Assembly (NCBI GenBank): GCA_963784425.1
Contig: CAWARM010000019.1
Span: 11,340-75,339 of the forward strand
DNA length: 64,000 nt
DNA from: an uncultured Gammaproteobacteria bacterium
Lineage (GTDB): Bacteria; Pseudomonadota; Gammaproteobacteria; Xanthomonadales; SZUA-36
Direction: 5' to 3'
A model generated the notes under the pieces. That model was not told the DNA's origin. It saw only the letters and a list, made by a program, of their open reading frames with translations, and did no database searches. A program made the position numbers and the translations under genes. This document shows positions 45,724 to 54,913 of this stretch, one piece after another. How positions within the stretch are numbered: position 1 is the stretch's first letter; each line of letters starts with the position of its first letter.

Positions 45724-46295
45724 CCAAGAGCCGGCTGGAAGCCTTCAGCGATGGCGTGATTGCCATCATCATCACCATCATGGTGCTGGAGCTGAAAGTG
45801 CCGCATGGCGATCAATGGGACGACCTGACGAAATTGACCCCGGTGTTTATCAGCTACGTGCTGAGTTTCGTGAACGTGGCCATCTACTGGAACAATCACC
45901 ACCACATGATGCATGCGGTGCAAAAGGTCAGCGGCAGCATCCTGTGGGCCAATATGCATCTGCTGTTCTGGCTGTCGCTGGTGCCGTTCACCACCGGCTG
46001 GATGGGCGAGAATCATTTTGCGGCTTTGCCCGTGGCTGTATACGCCTTCGATCTGCTGATGTGCGCAGTAGCCTATACCGTTTTGCAGCTTCGCATCATC
46101 CGGCTGCATGGTAGCGATTCCGCCCTGGCGCGCGCCTTGGGCAGTGACATCAAGGGCAAGACTTCCCTGGCTTGCTACGTTATTGCCATTCCCCTGGCGC
46201 TGCTGGGCCACACCTGGGTGTCAATTTCGCTACTGGTGCTGGTTTGGCTGATCTGGTTCATTCCTGATCGCCGCATTGAGAAAGTGCTGAGCTAA
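45720..46295 (+). CDS. TMEM175/DUF1211 family membrane protein (putative K+ channel family)
   Basis: ATG 45720 (ATGA overlap). RLEAFSDGVIAIIITIMVLEL signature. Confidence 0.8.
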   Translation: MTKSRLEAFSDGVIAIIITIMVLELKVPHGDQWDDLTKLTPVFISYVLSFVNVAIYWNNHHHMMHAVQKVSGSILWANMHLLFWLSLVPFTTGWMGENHFAALPVAVYAFDLLMCAVAYTVLQLRIIRLHGSDSALARALGSDIKGKTSLACYVIAIPLALLGHTWVSISLLVLVWLIWFIPDRRIEKVLS

Positions 46296-47628
46296 GCAAA
46301 AGCGGCAGCTTGCAGGTGGCAGCCATGCCGCCACCTTCCCGGTTGTAAAGGTTAAACGTACCTCCGTGGGCTTCAATCATTTCCCGGCACAGCGGCAGTC
46401 CAAGACCGGTTCCCCCGCGCTTGGTTGAGTAAAAAGGCAGCAAAGCCAGTTTCATCTGCTCCTGGGCCATGCCACTTCCCCGATCTTCCACGGCAATCAA
46501 TACTTCCTTTGAGTTCTGCAGCACGCGCAAGCGGATTTCGCCTGGCGGCGAGCCGGACTCTGCGGCATTTTTGAGCAGGTTAATCAACACCTGTTCCAGT
46601 TGCACGGGATCAAATTCCGCGTCATTAGCGGGCAAGTCACCAACCAATTGAAAGTTCACCAAACGATGAATCTGGTTGATGAAGGGTTTCCAGGCAATGC
46701 GTTGCAGCCGCGGCTTGGGCAAACGCGCAAAGCGGGCATATTCCTCGATAAACGTTTGCAGGTGACTGGCCCGATTCCCAATGCTGGCATAGATTTCGGG
46801 CAACATTTCCGTGCCACTGCCGGTTGCGGCTATTTTTTGCGCCGATCCAATCAGCGAACTAATGGGAGCAAGCGAGTTGTTCAGCTCATGCGTAATCACG
46901 CGGATGACTTTTTTCCAGGTCTCCACTTCTTTGCGCGCAATCTCACGCGTCAGCTTTTTAAGCAGAAACAGCCGGTGGCTTGAAGCGTTAAGCACGAACT
47001 GCCTGCATGTCAGATGGAACACCTCTGTTTCGTCCCGCTCCTGCATGCTGAAAAGACCGTCCTCGCCTTTGCGAATCGCTTCGCCCTTTGCGGCGGATCT
47101 GCGCGAGCTGGCCTGTAACAGGTCAGCACCCACCAGTGATGGCTTCCCGTCAGCGGGCCCGCGGAAAAGCTCCGCTGCCTCCCGGTTGCTGTACACAATT
47201 GCGCCAGTTTGGTTCACGATCAGGACGGCCACTGCACTGGATTGAATCACCGTATCGAGCAGGAGCTCGCGCTGGAAGATTCCAAACCGTTCCGCCCGAA
47301 GTGTTTTTGCCAGCTCGTTATATGCCTGCACCAACAGTCCCAACTCGTCATCCCGGGTGCTCGCTATTGTCACACTGTAGTCATGATCCTTGAAACTGGT
47401 GACGCCCCCGCGCAAGGCTTGCAGGATCTTGTCCAGCGGCGAAAAGAACGCCTTTACCGTGGTTATAACAGCGAGCAGGCCCAACAGGGACACTGCGGGC
47501 ACCAGAAACTGCCAGGAAGGAACGTACAGGGCCACGACAACACTGGCGGCCATGCAGGCTACAAAAACCGTTGCCAGCAGGAAAATGAACCGGCCCTGTA
47601 GGGATGTTTTGCGCACCGGCGTTTGCAA
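46258..47628 (-). CDS. Sensor histidine kinase (2 TM, HAMP, PAS-like, HisKA, HATPase)
   Basis: 456 aa with H-box ITHELNNSLAPI and C-terminal N/G boxes (LLKNAAES, DRGSGM, GGTGLGL). Confidence 0.85.
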   Translation of the reverse strand: MQTPVRKTSLQGRFIFLLATVFVACMAASVVVALYVPSWQFLVPAVSLLGLLAVITTVKAFFSPLDKILQALRGGVTSFKDHDYSVTIASTRDDELGLLVQAYNELAKTLRAERFGIFQRELLLDTVIQSSAVAVLIVNQTGAIVYSNREAAELFRGPADGKPSLVGADLLQASSRRSAAKGEAIRKGEDGLFSMQERDETEVFHLTCRQFVLNASSHRLFLLKKLTREIARKEVETWKKVIRVITHELNNSLAPISSLIGSAQKIAATGSGTEMLPEIYASIGNRASHLQTFIEEYARFARLPKPRLQRIAWKPFINQIHRLVNFQLVGDLPANDAEFDPVQLEQVLINLLKNAAESGSPPGEIRLRVLQNSKEVLIAVEDRGSGMAQEQMKLALLPFYSTKRGGTGLGLPLCREMIEAHGGTFNLYNREGGGMAATCKLPLLLSSALSQCGDQE

Positions 47629-47638
47629 AAATTGGCAC

Positions 47639-48970
47639 TTACTGCGCCAACTTCTCCATGCGCCGATACAGCGCCTGGCGGCTTATGCCCAAATGTCGAG
47701 CTGCGCGTGAGACATTGCCATCGTTGGATGCGAGCGCCATCCTGATTTCATCCGCTTCCGGTTCGGGTGCGCTACTTCTGGCGTTCTGTGCACTGTCAAG
47801 GCCCAAACCAAGAATCTCCGGAGTTATTTTCCGGTCCGGCGCAAGGATAGCTGTGCGCTGCGCCAGGTTTTGCAGCTCACGCACATTTCCCGGCCAGTCG
47901 TGTCGCAGCAGGGCATCCTCCGCAGCCGCCGCAAGGTGCGTTCCTGCAGGCAAGAAATGCCGGAACAACGGCAAGATATCTTCCCGCCTTTCGCTCAAAG
48001 CGGGTACCTTGATTTCGATGAGGTTCAGTCGATAGTAGAGGTCTTCACGAAAAGTGCGATCACGTATAGCATCGGCCAGGTTGGCGTTAGTGGCGCTGAT
48101 GACACGTACATCGACACGACGCGATTTGGAGCTGCCCAAGCGCTCATATTCGCCGCTCTGCAACACGCGCAACAGTTTCATCTGCCCTTCAGCACTGAGA
48201 TTGCCGATTTCATCCAGGAACAGGGTCCCTCCATCAGCTGCCTCGAACCGCCCTTCACGGCGATTTTCAGCGCCGGTGTATGCACCGGCTTCCGCGCCAA
48301 ACAATTCGGCTTCCATCAAGCCGGCCGGCAATGCGCCCACGTTAATGGTGATGAACGGCTTGTCGCGCCGGTATGAATTGGCCTGGATTACCCTCACCAC
48401 CACGTCTTTACCGGCTCCGTTTGGACCCGTAACGAGCACGGGGACGCTGGCTCGAGCAACCTGAGCGGCCAGGCTGAACACACCATGCATCGCGTCTGAG
48501 GTGTAAATGGCGCCGCACAAATCGTTGTCACGCTCCAGCGAATTTCTACGAGCCCGCCGTTCCTGCATCATGCGGCCGTGCGCCGACTGCACTTCCCGCA
48601 ATTCCAGGAGATTCTTCACCGCAGTGACGAGCTTTGCATCGTCCCATGGCTTGCCCAGATAATCCGCCGCTCCTGCCCGCACCAACTGCACTGCGGTTTC
48701 AAGATCGGTCCAGGCGGTCAGCAGAATGATGGGTAAATCGGGGTCCAGGTCACGGATACGATGAAACAACTCCACCCCTTCCGAACCCGATGTGGTGTCG
48801 CGGCTGAAGTTCATGTCCTGTATGACAAGATCTACCGGTTCGCGGCGCATCAGGTTCAGGCCTTGTTCCGGGCTTTGGGCGTAGCGAGTCTCGATGTCGT
48901 GCAGGCCAAGTGCAACCTCCAAAGCCTTGGCCACATCCGCGTTGTCATCAATGATCAGAACTCGCTGCAT
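47639..48970 (-). CDS. Sigma-54-dependent response regulator (NtrC family enhancer-binding protein)
   Basis: ORF trimmed to ATG 48970 (MQRVLIIDDN). REC domain, AAA+ domain (GPNGAGKD, GAYTGA variant of GAFTGA, LFLDEIG) and a C-terminal Fis-type HTH. Confidence 0.9.
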   Translation of the reverse strand: MQRVLIIDDNADVAKALEVALGLHDIETRYAQSPEQGLNLMRREPVDLVIQDMNFSRDTTSGSEGVELFHRIRDLDPDLPIILLTAWTDLETAVQLVRAGAADYLGKPWDDAKLVTAVKNLLELREVQSAHGRMMQERRARRNSLERDNDLCGAIYTSDAMHGVFSLAAQVARASVPVLVTGPNGAGKDVVVRVIQANSYRRDKPFITINVGALPAGLMEAELFGAEAGAYTGAENRREGRFEAADGGTLFLDEIGNLSAEGQMKLLRVLQSGEYERLGSSKSRRVDVRVISATNANLADAIRDRTFREDLYYRLNLIEIKVPALSERREDILPLFRHFLPAGTHLAAAAEDALLRHDWPGNVRELQNLAQRTAILAPDRKITPEILGLGLDSAQNARSSAPEPEADEIRMALASNDGNVSRAARHLGISRQALYRRMEKLAQ

Positions 48971-49022
48971 CAGCAGGTCCGGCCGGAGTCTGGTTGGAAA
49001 GACGATTATACGCCGAGGCAGA

Positions 49023-50237
49023 CTAGACGCTCCTGGTTGCAAGCGCAGGCGGAATGTTCGCCGCCCTGCGGGCAGGAAGCAGAACAGCAATTTGGCCCAG
49101 CAACCAGAGCATCAGGACACCGGTCGGCAGATAGTACACAGGCATGCGACCGCTCTGGTACTCGGTGTCAAGAACCCAGTTGAGCACGAAGGCGCCGACA
49201 ACGCCAAGTACCAGGCCCATGCTCGTAATCAGCCAGTTTTCCAACATGAAGTAACGAATGATGTCACCACGCCCGGCACCCAGGGCTCGCCTCGTTCCGA
49301 TCTGCTTGCGACGCTGGCTCACACTGAACCATGCCATGCCAACTATACCTAGGCCGGTAACAGAACTCAGGATGAAGATCACACCTCCCAGGATCTTTAC
49401 CATGGCGATGTCACTGGAATACGTGCGCTGCAGCTGCTCTTGCATGGTTCGCACGATTCGCACTATCCGGTCACGATTCTGCACAAGGTACTCTTCCACG
49501 TTTTTCATCACCTGGTCACGTTTTCCCGGCTCGGCGCGGATAAAAAAGCGCATATCTGATCCTTCGCCCATCGAGGGAATGATGCCGGAATTATTGACAT
49601 CGTCATTTTGCGGCCAGGCATTCATCATGTGCCGGTAGACGCCAATGATCTCAGTGGGTTCCTTGTTGTTCGGCTCATCCCAAACCAGTTTCCCCACCGC
49701 ATCGCCGCCCGGGAATAATTCGTCGGCAACAGACTGGCTGATCAGCATGGTGCGGATTTCCGGCCGTGATCCGGGGCCACTCCACAGTACCTCCTCCGGA
49801 GTGAAATTCCGACCTGCCACCAATTCGATACCCAATGCGGCCACGCCATCCTCGTTGGTGGCAAAAAATCCAAGTTTAGTGGCTTCGCTGGCTGGAGTCT
49901 GGGGGTCAAGATACAAGTTGTCACCCCAGCCACCACCACTGGCTGGTACTGAAGCGATAGGGGTAACTGCAACAACTCCTGGAATCTGCTTGATGGCATC
50001 AAGATCATCCCGCCACATCTTGTGGTAATCGAGTCCAGTCCTGAAAGCATTGGTAATCACAAAAAATGTGTTGGCCTCATCCAAACCGGTAGGCCTGGCG
50101 ATGGCATCAGCACGTTGGTGCATGATGAAGGTGGCATTGGTGACAACCGTCATGGTCAGGGCAATCTGCAAGGCAATCAGCAGTGCTCCAACCTTGTTGC
50201 GTGACATGGCATGCAAAATGGGTCCAATTTCCATCAC
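49023..50237 (-). CDS. ABC transporter permease, FtsX/MacB-type (permease 2)
   Basis: 404 aa with TM1, a large periplasmic domain and three C-terminal TMs containing the FtsX motif (RRKQIGTRRALGAGRGDI). Confidence 0.85.
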   Translation of the reverse strand: MMEIGPILHAMSRNKVGALLIALQIALTMTVVTNATFIMHQRADAIARPTGLDEANTFFVITNAFRTGLDYHKMWRDDLDAIKQIPGVVAVTPIASVPASGGGWGDNLYLDPQTPASEATKLGFFATNEDGVAALGIELVAGRNFTPEEVLWSGPGSRPEIRTMLISQSVADELFPGGDAVGKLVWDEPNNKEPTEIIGVYRHMMNAWPQNDDVNNSGIIPSMGEGSDMRFFIRAEPGKRDQVMKNVEEYLVQNRDRIVRIVRTMQEQLQRTYSSDIAMVKILGGVIFILSSVTGLGIVGMAWFSVSQRRKQIGTRRALGAGRGDIIRYFMLENWLITSMGLVLGVVGAFVLNWVLDTEYQSGRMPVYYLPTGVLMLWLLGQIAVLLPARRAANIPPALATRSV

Positions 50238-50244
50238 GATTCCC

Positions 50245-51561
50245 TCATTGGGTTTTCAACAATCCGGCTGGCGCGTGCCAGGCAGCGCGCCATACCGGGT
50301 AGAGCCCGGCCACTACGCTTGACACTACTGCCAACACGACCGCAGTGAGCAACAGGAGGCCGTTGAGATGCACAAGGTGCTGGTATCCCTGGTAGAGCCT
50401 GCCGATCAGCGCCAGGCCCAGCCAGGCCAGGCCAACACCGGCAATGCCGCCGAGCACGCCGATAACAGCTACCTCAAACAGGTTCTGCAGGACAATTTCG
50501 CCCCGACTGGCGCCCATCGCGCGCCGCAGTGCAATTTCAGGACCCTTGCCAAGGAACTTCGCCAGCAACAGACTGACGGTATTTAGCACACACACGACCA
50601 GGAAAAGGAAACTCAGCCGCATCAGCACGCGATTATCATTGGAAACCACGCCCATCACGTCCATCCACGCCATGACGTCACTGATGAACGTATTCAGTGG
50701 TCGCTTGAACCTGCCGAGCTGCTTTTGCTCCTGCACGTAGTTGTCGAGAAACTCCTTGTAGCGCGCCGCCTGCTCTGGCGTTTCGAGTTCCGCCCAGAAC
50801 TGCACCCAGACACACTCGCTGCCCAGAAACGCCTCCACCCCATCCCCGTCCTCTTGCGCCCAGCAATTCACATTTCCGGCAATGTCCTGGCCGGCTTCGG
50901 CGGCCAGGCTCAGCGGAGCGAATACATCCTCGACGTCTTCAAAAGCGCCGACCTCGACCTGGTAAAACCGGGGAGTGGGCTGCCAGTTGTTGAGCACGCC
51001 AACAATTTCATACATCTGGTCGCCCAGGTTGATCGTGCGGCCCACGGAATTCCCGCCGTCAAACAACTGCTCATTCAGTTTCCGGCTAATAACGGCGACC
51101 TTGCGCCCGCTATCGTCCTCGTCAGCCGGCCACGCCTGGCCATAAAGAAACGGCACATCAAACATTGAGAAAAAACTTGCGGTTGTAAGCCTTGCCGTGG
51201 TTTGAAATGGCGCGGCATCGCGGTTGTCGGGAACTACGACAAAGGTCGAGCCAACCATGGCGACCTGCTGCTTTGCCGGGGTTTCGGCATTTACCAGGTA
51301 GTTGGCATCGCGCCAGGTTAACTGGGGTTGTACGTCACGCGCTGATTCGGTTGGTGGATCGTTGGGATCCCAGTTATCCATCTGCACGGCAAACAATTGC
51401 TTGCTCTTGTGCGGGATTGGGTCGCCTGACATCAGGTAGTATACGGTATAGGTCGTCATGAACGCGCTTAGCCCCAAGCCAAGCGCGGTCACCATCAGGC
51501 TGGACAATACCGAGTTGCGTCGCAGGCTCTTCAGCGCCAGCCTGAGGTAGTAACTAAACAC
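50245..51561 (-). CDS. ABC transporter permease, FtsX/MacB-type (permease 1)
   Basis: ORF extends to 51630. The likely start is GTG 51561, overlapping the ATPase stop (VFSYYLRLALKSLRR). Same topology as permease 2 but a clearly different sequence (EIALRRAMGASRGEI). Confidence 0.8.
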   Translation of the reverse strand: MFSYYLRLALKSLRRNSVLSSLMVTALGLGLSAFMTTYTVYYLMSGDPIPHKSKQLFAVQMDNWDPNDPPTESARDVQPQLTWRDANYLVNAETPAKQQVAMVGSTFVVVPDNRDAAPFQTTARLTTASFFSMFDVPFLYGQAWPADEDDSGRKVAVISRKLNEQLFDGGNSVGRTINLGDQMYEIVGVLNNWQPTPRFYQVEVGAFEDVEDVFAPLSLAAEAGQDIAGNVNCWAQEDGDGVEAFLGSECVWVQFWAELETPEQAARYKEFLDNYVQEQKQLGRFKRPLNTFISDVMAWMDVMGVVSNDNRVLMRLSFLFLVVCVLNTVSLLLAKFLGKGPEIALRRAMGASRGEIVLQNLFEVAVIGVLGGIAGVGLAWLGLALIGRLYQGYQHLVHLNGLLLLTAVVLAVVSSVVAGLYPVWRAAWHAPAGLLKTQ

Positions 51562-52273
51562 GGGAAGCGTCTCCTGCCACCCGGTCAATTCGTGCCTGGT
51601 AGATGCTGTCAAGGTCGCTGACCTGACCATCCAGAATCTGGATATTGCGGTGGGCGCGGCGTGCCAGTTCCTGATCGTGGGTCACCATGACTATGGTCGT
51701 ACCCTTTCGATTGATGTCTTCGAGCATATCTATCACCTGTCGCGCCATCAACGAATCCAGGTTACCGGTTGGCTCATCGGCCAGCAGAAACCGAGGCTTT
51801 CCTGCCAAGGCACGGGCAATGGCAACGCGTTGTTGCTGGCCGCCGGAGAGCTGGGCCGGTAAGTAGGTTTTGCGAGATATCAGGCCTACCATTTCGAGCA
51901 TTTCCTCGATTGCCTCCTTGCGTTGCTTTGCCGCCCAACCCCGGTAACGGAGGGGTACATCCACGTTATCAAACAAGTTGAGGTCAGGAATCAGGTTGAA
52001 GCCCTGAAAGATGAACCCGACTTTTTCGTTGCGAATACGCGCAGCTGCGTTGTCATTCAGGCGGGAAACATCTTCGCCATCAAGCTCGTAAGCTCCGCTG
52101 CTGGGCTTTTCCAGCAAACCGGCGATGTTCAAGAACGTCGTCTTGCCCGAACCGGAAGGGCCGGTCACCGCCACGAACTCGCCCTCTTGCACGCGCAGGT
52201 TGAGATCACGCAGCGCATGCGTTTCTATCAAGTCAGTTCGATAACTCTTGCAGATGTCTTTCATGATCAACAT
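51554..52273 (-). CDS. ABC transporter ATP-binding protein (MacB/LolD/DevA-type)
   Basis: 239 aa with Walker A GPSGSGKTT, signature LSGGQQQR and Walker B FLLADEPTGNLD. Confidence 0.9.
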   Translation of the reverse strand: MLIMKDICKSYRTDLIETHALRDLNLRVQEGEFVAVTGPSGSGKTTFLNIAGLLEKPSSGAYELDGEDVSRLNDNAAARIRNEKVGFIFQGFNLIPDLNLFDNVDVPLRYRGWAAKQRKEAIEEMLEMVGLISRKTYLPAQLSGGQQQRVAIARALAGKPRFLLADEPTGNLDSLMARQVIDMLEDINRKGTTIVMVTHDQELARRAHRNIQILDGQVSDLDSIYQARIDRVAGDASRV

Positions 52274-52355
52274 GTCTGTTTCCTTGGTGAGTACTTAAAA
52301 GTAATTCTGGTTCTGCGCTACCCGGGCCCGATACCCGTTTCGTTTTGCCTGCTGG

Positions 52356-53651
52356 TCAGTCGACGATGCGGATCAAATCCTTGTCCCGGAATTCCGCAAT
52401 GCTGGAAATCACCACCACGTCCCCCTCCGCCAGGCCGTCGACAATTTCGACGAGGTTGACGCTGCGCACGCCCAGCGTGATATCCCGACGATGTGCCAAA
52501 CCATCGTTGCCCACAACAAAAGCCGTGTTGGCATTTCCGCTGTCTGCAAACGAGCCGCGTTGCAGGGTCAGGACATTATCCAGTTGGTCCATCACTACAC
52601 GAGCAGTGACGCGTTGGTTCTGGCGCAAGCCAGGCGGGCCATATCCAACAAACCGGATGCGGCTTACGATTTCGCTGTTTATGACCTCTGGAGACAGCGA
52701 CGTCAACTCACCGGCATAGGTCACGGCGTTGTACTGCACTTCGGTCTGCATGCCCAGGCCAAGGTCATCGGCATAGGCTTCCGGAATTTTTACTTCCACT
52801 TCGAACGCGCCAAGGTCCACCACGGTGACCAAGGGCTGGTTGGCACTGACCACCGCCTTCTGGCCGACAGCGACGCTGCCCACTATCCCGGCCACCGTCG
52901 AACGGACAGTGAGTTCGTCAACCCGGCGCTTGAGGTTATCGACTAGCAAGCGCTGCTGCTCTACCGCCAGTTGCTTGGTGCGTAGTTCAAATTCCTGGCT
53001 TTCCTTTTACAGGTCGGCATCCTGCTTTGCATGGCGAAATTCGACTTCCGCTGTCAACAGTTCATCGCGATACCGCTCGTAGTCTATTTTCGAGATGGCC
53101 TGAATCTGTATGGATTCTTCGGCCCGGCGCATCTCGCGCTGTGCCGCAGTCAGTTTTACCTGTGCCAGGTCAATGGTCTGCTGGTTGCGGACCTGGTCCT
53201 TTCTTGCCTGTATTCTCTGCCGCTCGAAATCAGCCTGCGTCGCGGCAAGACCCGAGGACTCCTGCTCATATTCAGATTGCACCTCCGGGCTGGTCAGGCT
53301 GGCCAGAACCTGGTCCCGTTCCACGGCGTCACCAGCCTGGACCTTGAACGTTACGGAGCCTGCGGCCGGGCTATACAACGTAGGGCTGACGGCCGCGACA
53401 ATACGACCTGGCACGTTTACATCCCGGACCAGGGGACCTCTTATAACTACCGCGGTGCGGATGCGATCAGATGAAACGGTGGCATCAGAACTTAGCCATC
53501 TGGAAAACGCAGAAAATCCGAGCACCGCCAACAGCAACAACAAGCTCGCCGCGCCGCCTGCTTGCCATAATTTCCTGTGCGCTTTTCGCGGAATGCGGGC
53601 AACATCCTGAGCGGATGTGTCCCTGATGAATTTGTGTCCGATACTGTTCAT
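52356..53651 (-). pseudogene. HlyD/MacA-type periplasmic adaptor interrupted by an in-frame TAA (53007-53009)
   Basis: The 214-aa N-terminal ORF (TM, lipoyl half, first coiled-coil helix) ends ..HAKQDADL-TAA. The same frame continues KESQEFELRTKQLAVEQQRLLVDNLKRRVDELTVRSTVAGIVGS.. (second helix, lipoyl half, beta-barrel) to 52356. Codon-by-codon check shows a single stop and no frame change. Confidence 0.75.
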
Positions 53652-53663
53652 TGCCGGTATAGG

Positions 53664-53679
53664 AGCAAGGAACGTACCA
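53664..53679 (-). promoter_or_regulatory. Candidate sigma-54 (-24/-12) promoter
   Basis: The minus strand reads TGGTACGTTCCTTGCT. It matches TGGCACG-N4-TTGCW at every position but one, with exact GG-N10-GC spacing. The -12 C lies 14 nt upstream of the adaptor ATG (53651). Confidence 0.55.
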
Positions 53680-53733
53680 AACTGGCAACTCTTTGTTTTT
53701 TCTTGTGTTCAAACTGCGCCCTCGGCAACGAAA

Positions 53734-53748
53734 CTGTCCGCCGGACAG
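53734..53748 (-). terminator. Weak hairpin after the acetyltransferase gene
   Basis: CTGTCC-ggc-GGACAG on the minus strand, followed by TTTCGTT. Short stem and poor T-tract. Confidence 0.25.
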
Positions 53749-53778
53749 GTCATGGAACACGCGGACAAAAATGCACCC

Positions 53779-54324
53779 TCAAGCAGGCAGGCGCGGGACG
53801 ACCCTGGCCGGATTCCCTGCCACGACTGAATTCGGCGGAACCACGAAGTTGACCACCGCTGCGGCCCCAACAATGGACCCGGCGCCAATATGTGCGCCGG
53901 CGAGCAGGATTGCTCTCGCGCCGATCCAGGCGTTCTCTCCAATTTCAATTGCGGGCTGGACAGAAGTCTCGGTAATCGTGCCGATCGGCGCCACGCTGGT
54001 TGCGGTAAAGGGCACGCCGAATGCGTTGTCTGCAAGGGTCACTTCGTGTGCAATGAACACATAGTCGTGGATAACGATGCGCCGGTTTGAACAGATGATG
54101 GCGCCCACCAGGGTGCAATAATTTCCGATCTCGACTTCACCCTGCGGCCCGAGGTCAAAGAACGAGCCGTTGTACACACCGCTGTCGTTGCCGATGCGCA
54201 CCCCACTGGCCTGCCGGCTGTGAAAATGCCGAAAAGCAAACGTAGAGTAAAGCCACGACCTCTGCCCTATGCTGACATTGTCGGGTAGCGGTTGCGGAAA
54301 CCAGTCGTGCTCCAGTGTGGCCAT
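53779..54324 (-). CDS. Hexapeptide-repeat (LbH) acetyltransferase
   Basis: ORF trimmed to ATG 54324. Left-handed beta-helix repeats (IGENAWIGARAILLAGAHIGAGSIVGAAAVV..AGNPARV). Confidence 0.8.
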   Translation of the reverse strand: MATLEHDWFPQPLPDNVSIGQRSWLYSTFAFRHFHSRQASGVRIGNDSGVYNGSFFDLGPQGEVEIGNYCTLVGAIICSNRRIVIHDYVFIAHEVTLADNAFGVPFTATSVAPIGTITETSVQPAIEIGENAWIGARAILLAGAHIGAGSIVGAAAVVNFVVPPNSVVAGNPARVVPRLPA

Positions 54325-54328
54325 GGCG

Positions 54329-54913
54329 CTACGAACCCTGATGCAATAATGGCCGCGCCGGATTGCCTTCCACATGCACTCCGGCGGGCACGTCCCTGGA
54401 TACTACTGCCCCTGCTCCGATACGTGCGCCATGGCCGATGGTTACGCCCTTGAGGATGATCGCGCCGATTCCCACATGGACATCATCGCCGATCACCACG
54501 GGCAGGCTGATAATGTGCGGGCGCAGGCTGCGGTCACCAAAGGGTGCATTGGCCACAGCGTCCAATCGCCGCTCCTGTGGGTCCAAAGGGTGAAAGTCAG
54601 AGTCGGCGATGGTCACGTTATACGACAAAATCGCCCGTCGCCCAAGCTGAATACGGCCTGCGCACATGAATACGGGGCCCACCAGGACGCTGTCGTCGCC
54701 GATTTCGACCAGGCCAGCAGGCTCGATATTGAAGGTAGTCCAGGTGAAGATCTGCACGCGGTCGCCAATGATCAGCCCCGGATCCTGCACACTCTTGAAC
54801 CGGGCAAAACTGCTGCGCCGTTCGAACCAGCATCCCCGCCCTATCCTGACATTGGCCGGAAGAGTTGTGTAATCCCAGTTCCCCACGATGTCATCGAACG
54901 CTTTATCTATCAT
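54329..54913 (-). CDS. Hexapeptide-repeat (LbH) acetyltransferase
   Basis: 194 aa with [43 protein letters not shown]. Confidence 0.8.
   Translation of the reverse strand: MIDKAFDDIVGNWDYTTLPANVRIGRGCWFERRSSFARFKSVQDPGLIIGDRVQIFTWTTFNIEPAGLVEIGDDSVLVGPVFMCAGRIQLGRRAILSYNVTIADSDFHPLDPQERRLDAVANAPFGDRSLRPHIISLPVVIGDDVHVGIGAIILKGVTIGHGARIGAGAVVSRDVPAGVHVEGNPARPLLHQGS

Noticed and set aside
53007-53009. Recoded stop (selenocysteine, pyrrolysine or read-through) in the adaptor gene
   Set aside because: The codon is TAA, not TGA or TAG. No SECIS-like hairpin was evident downstream.
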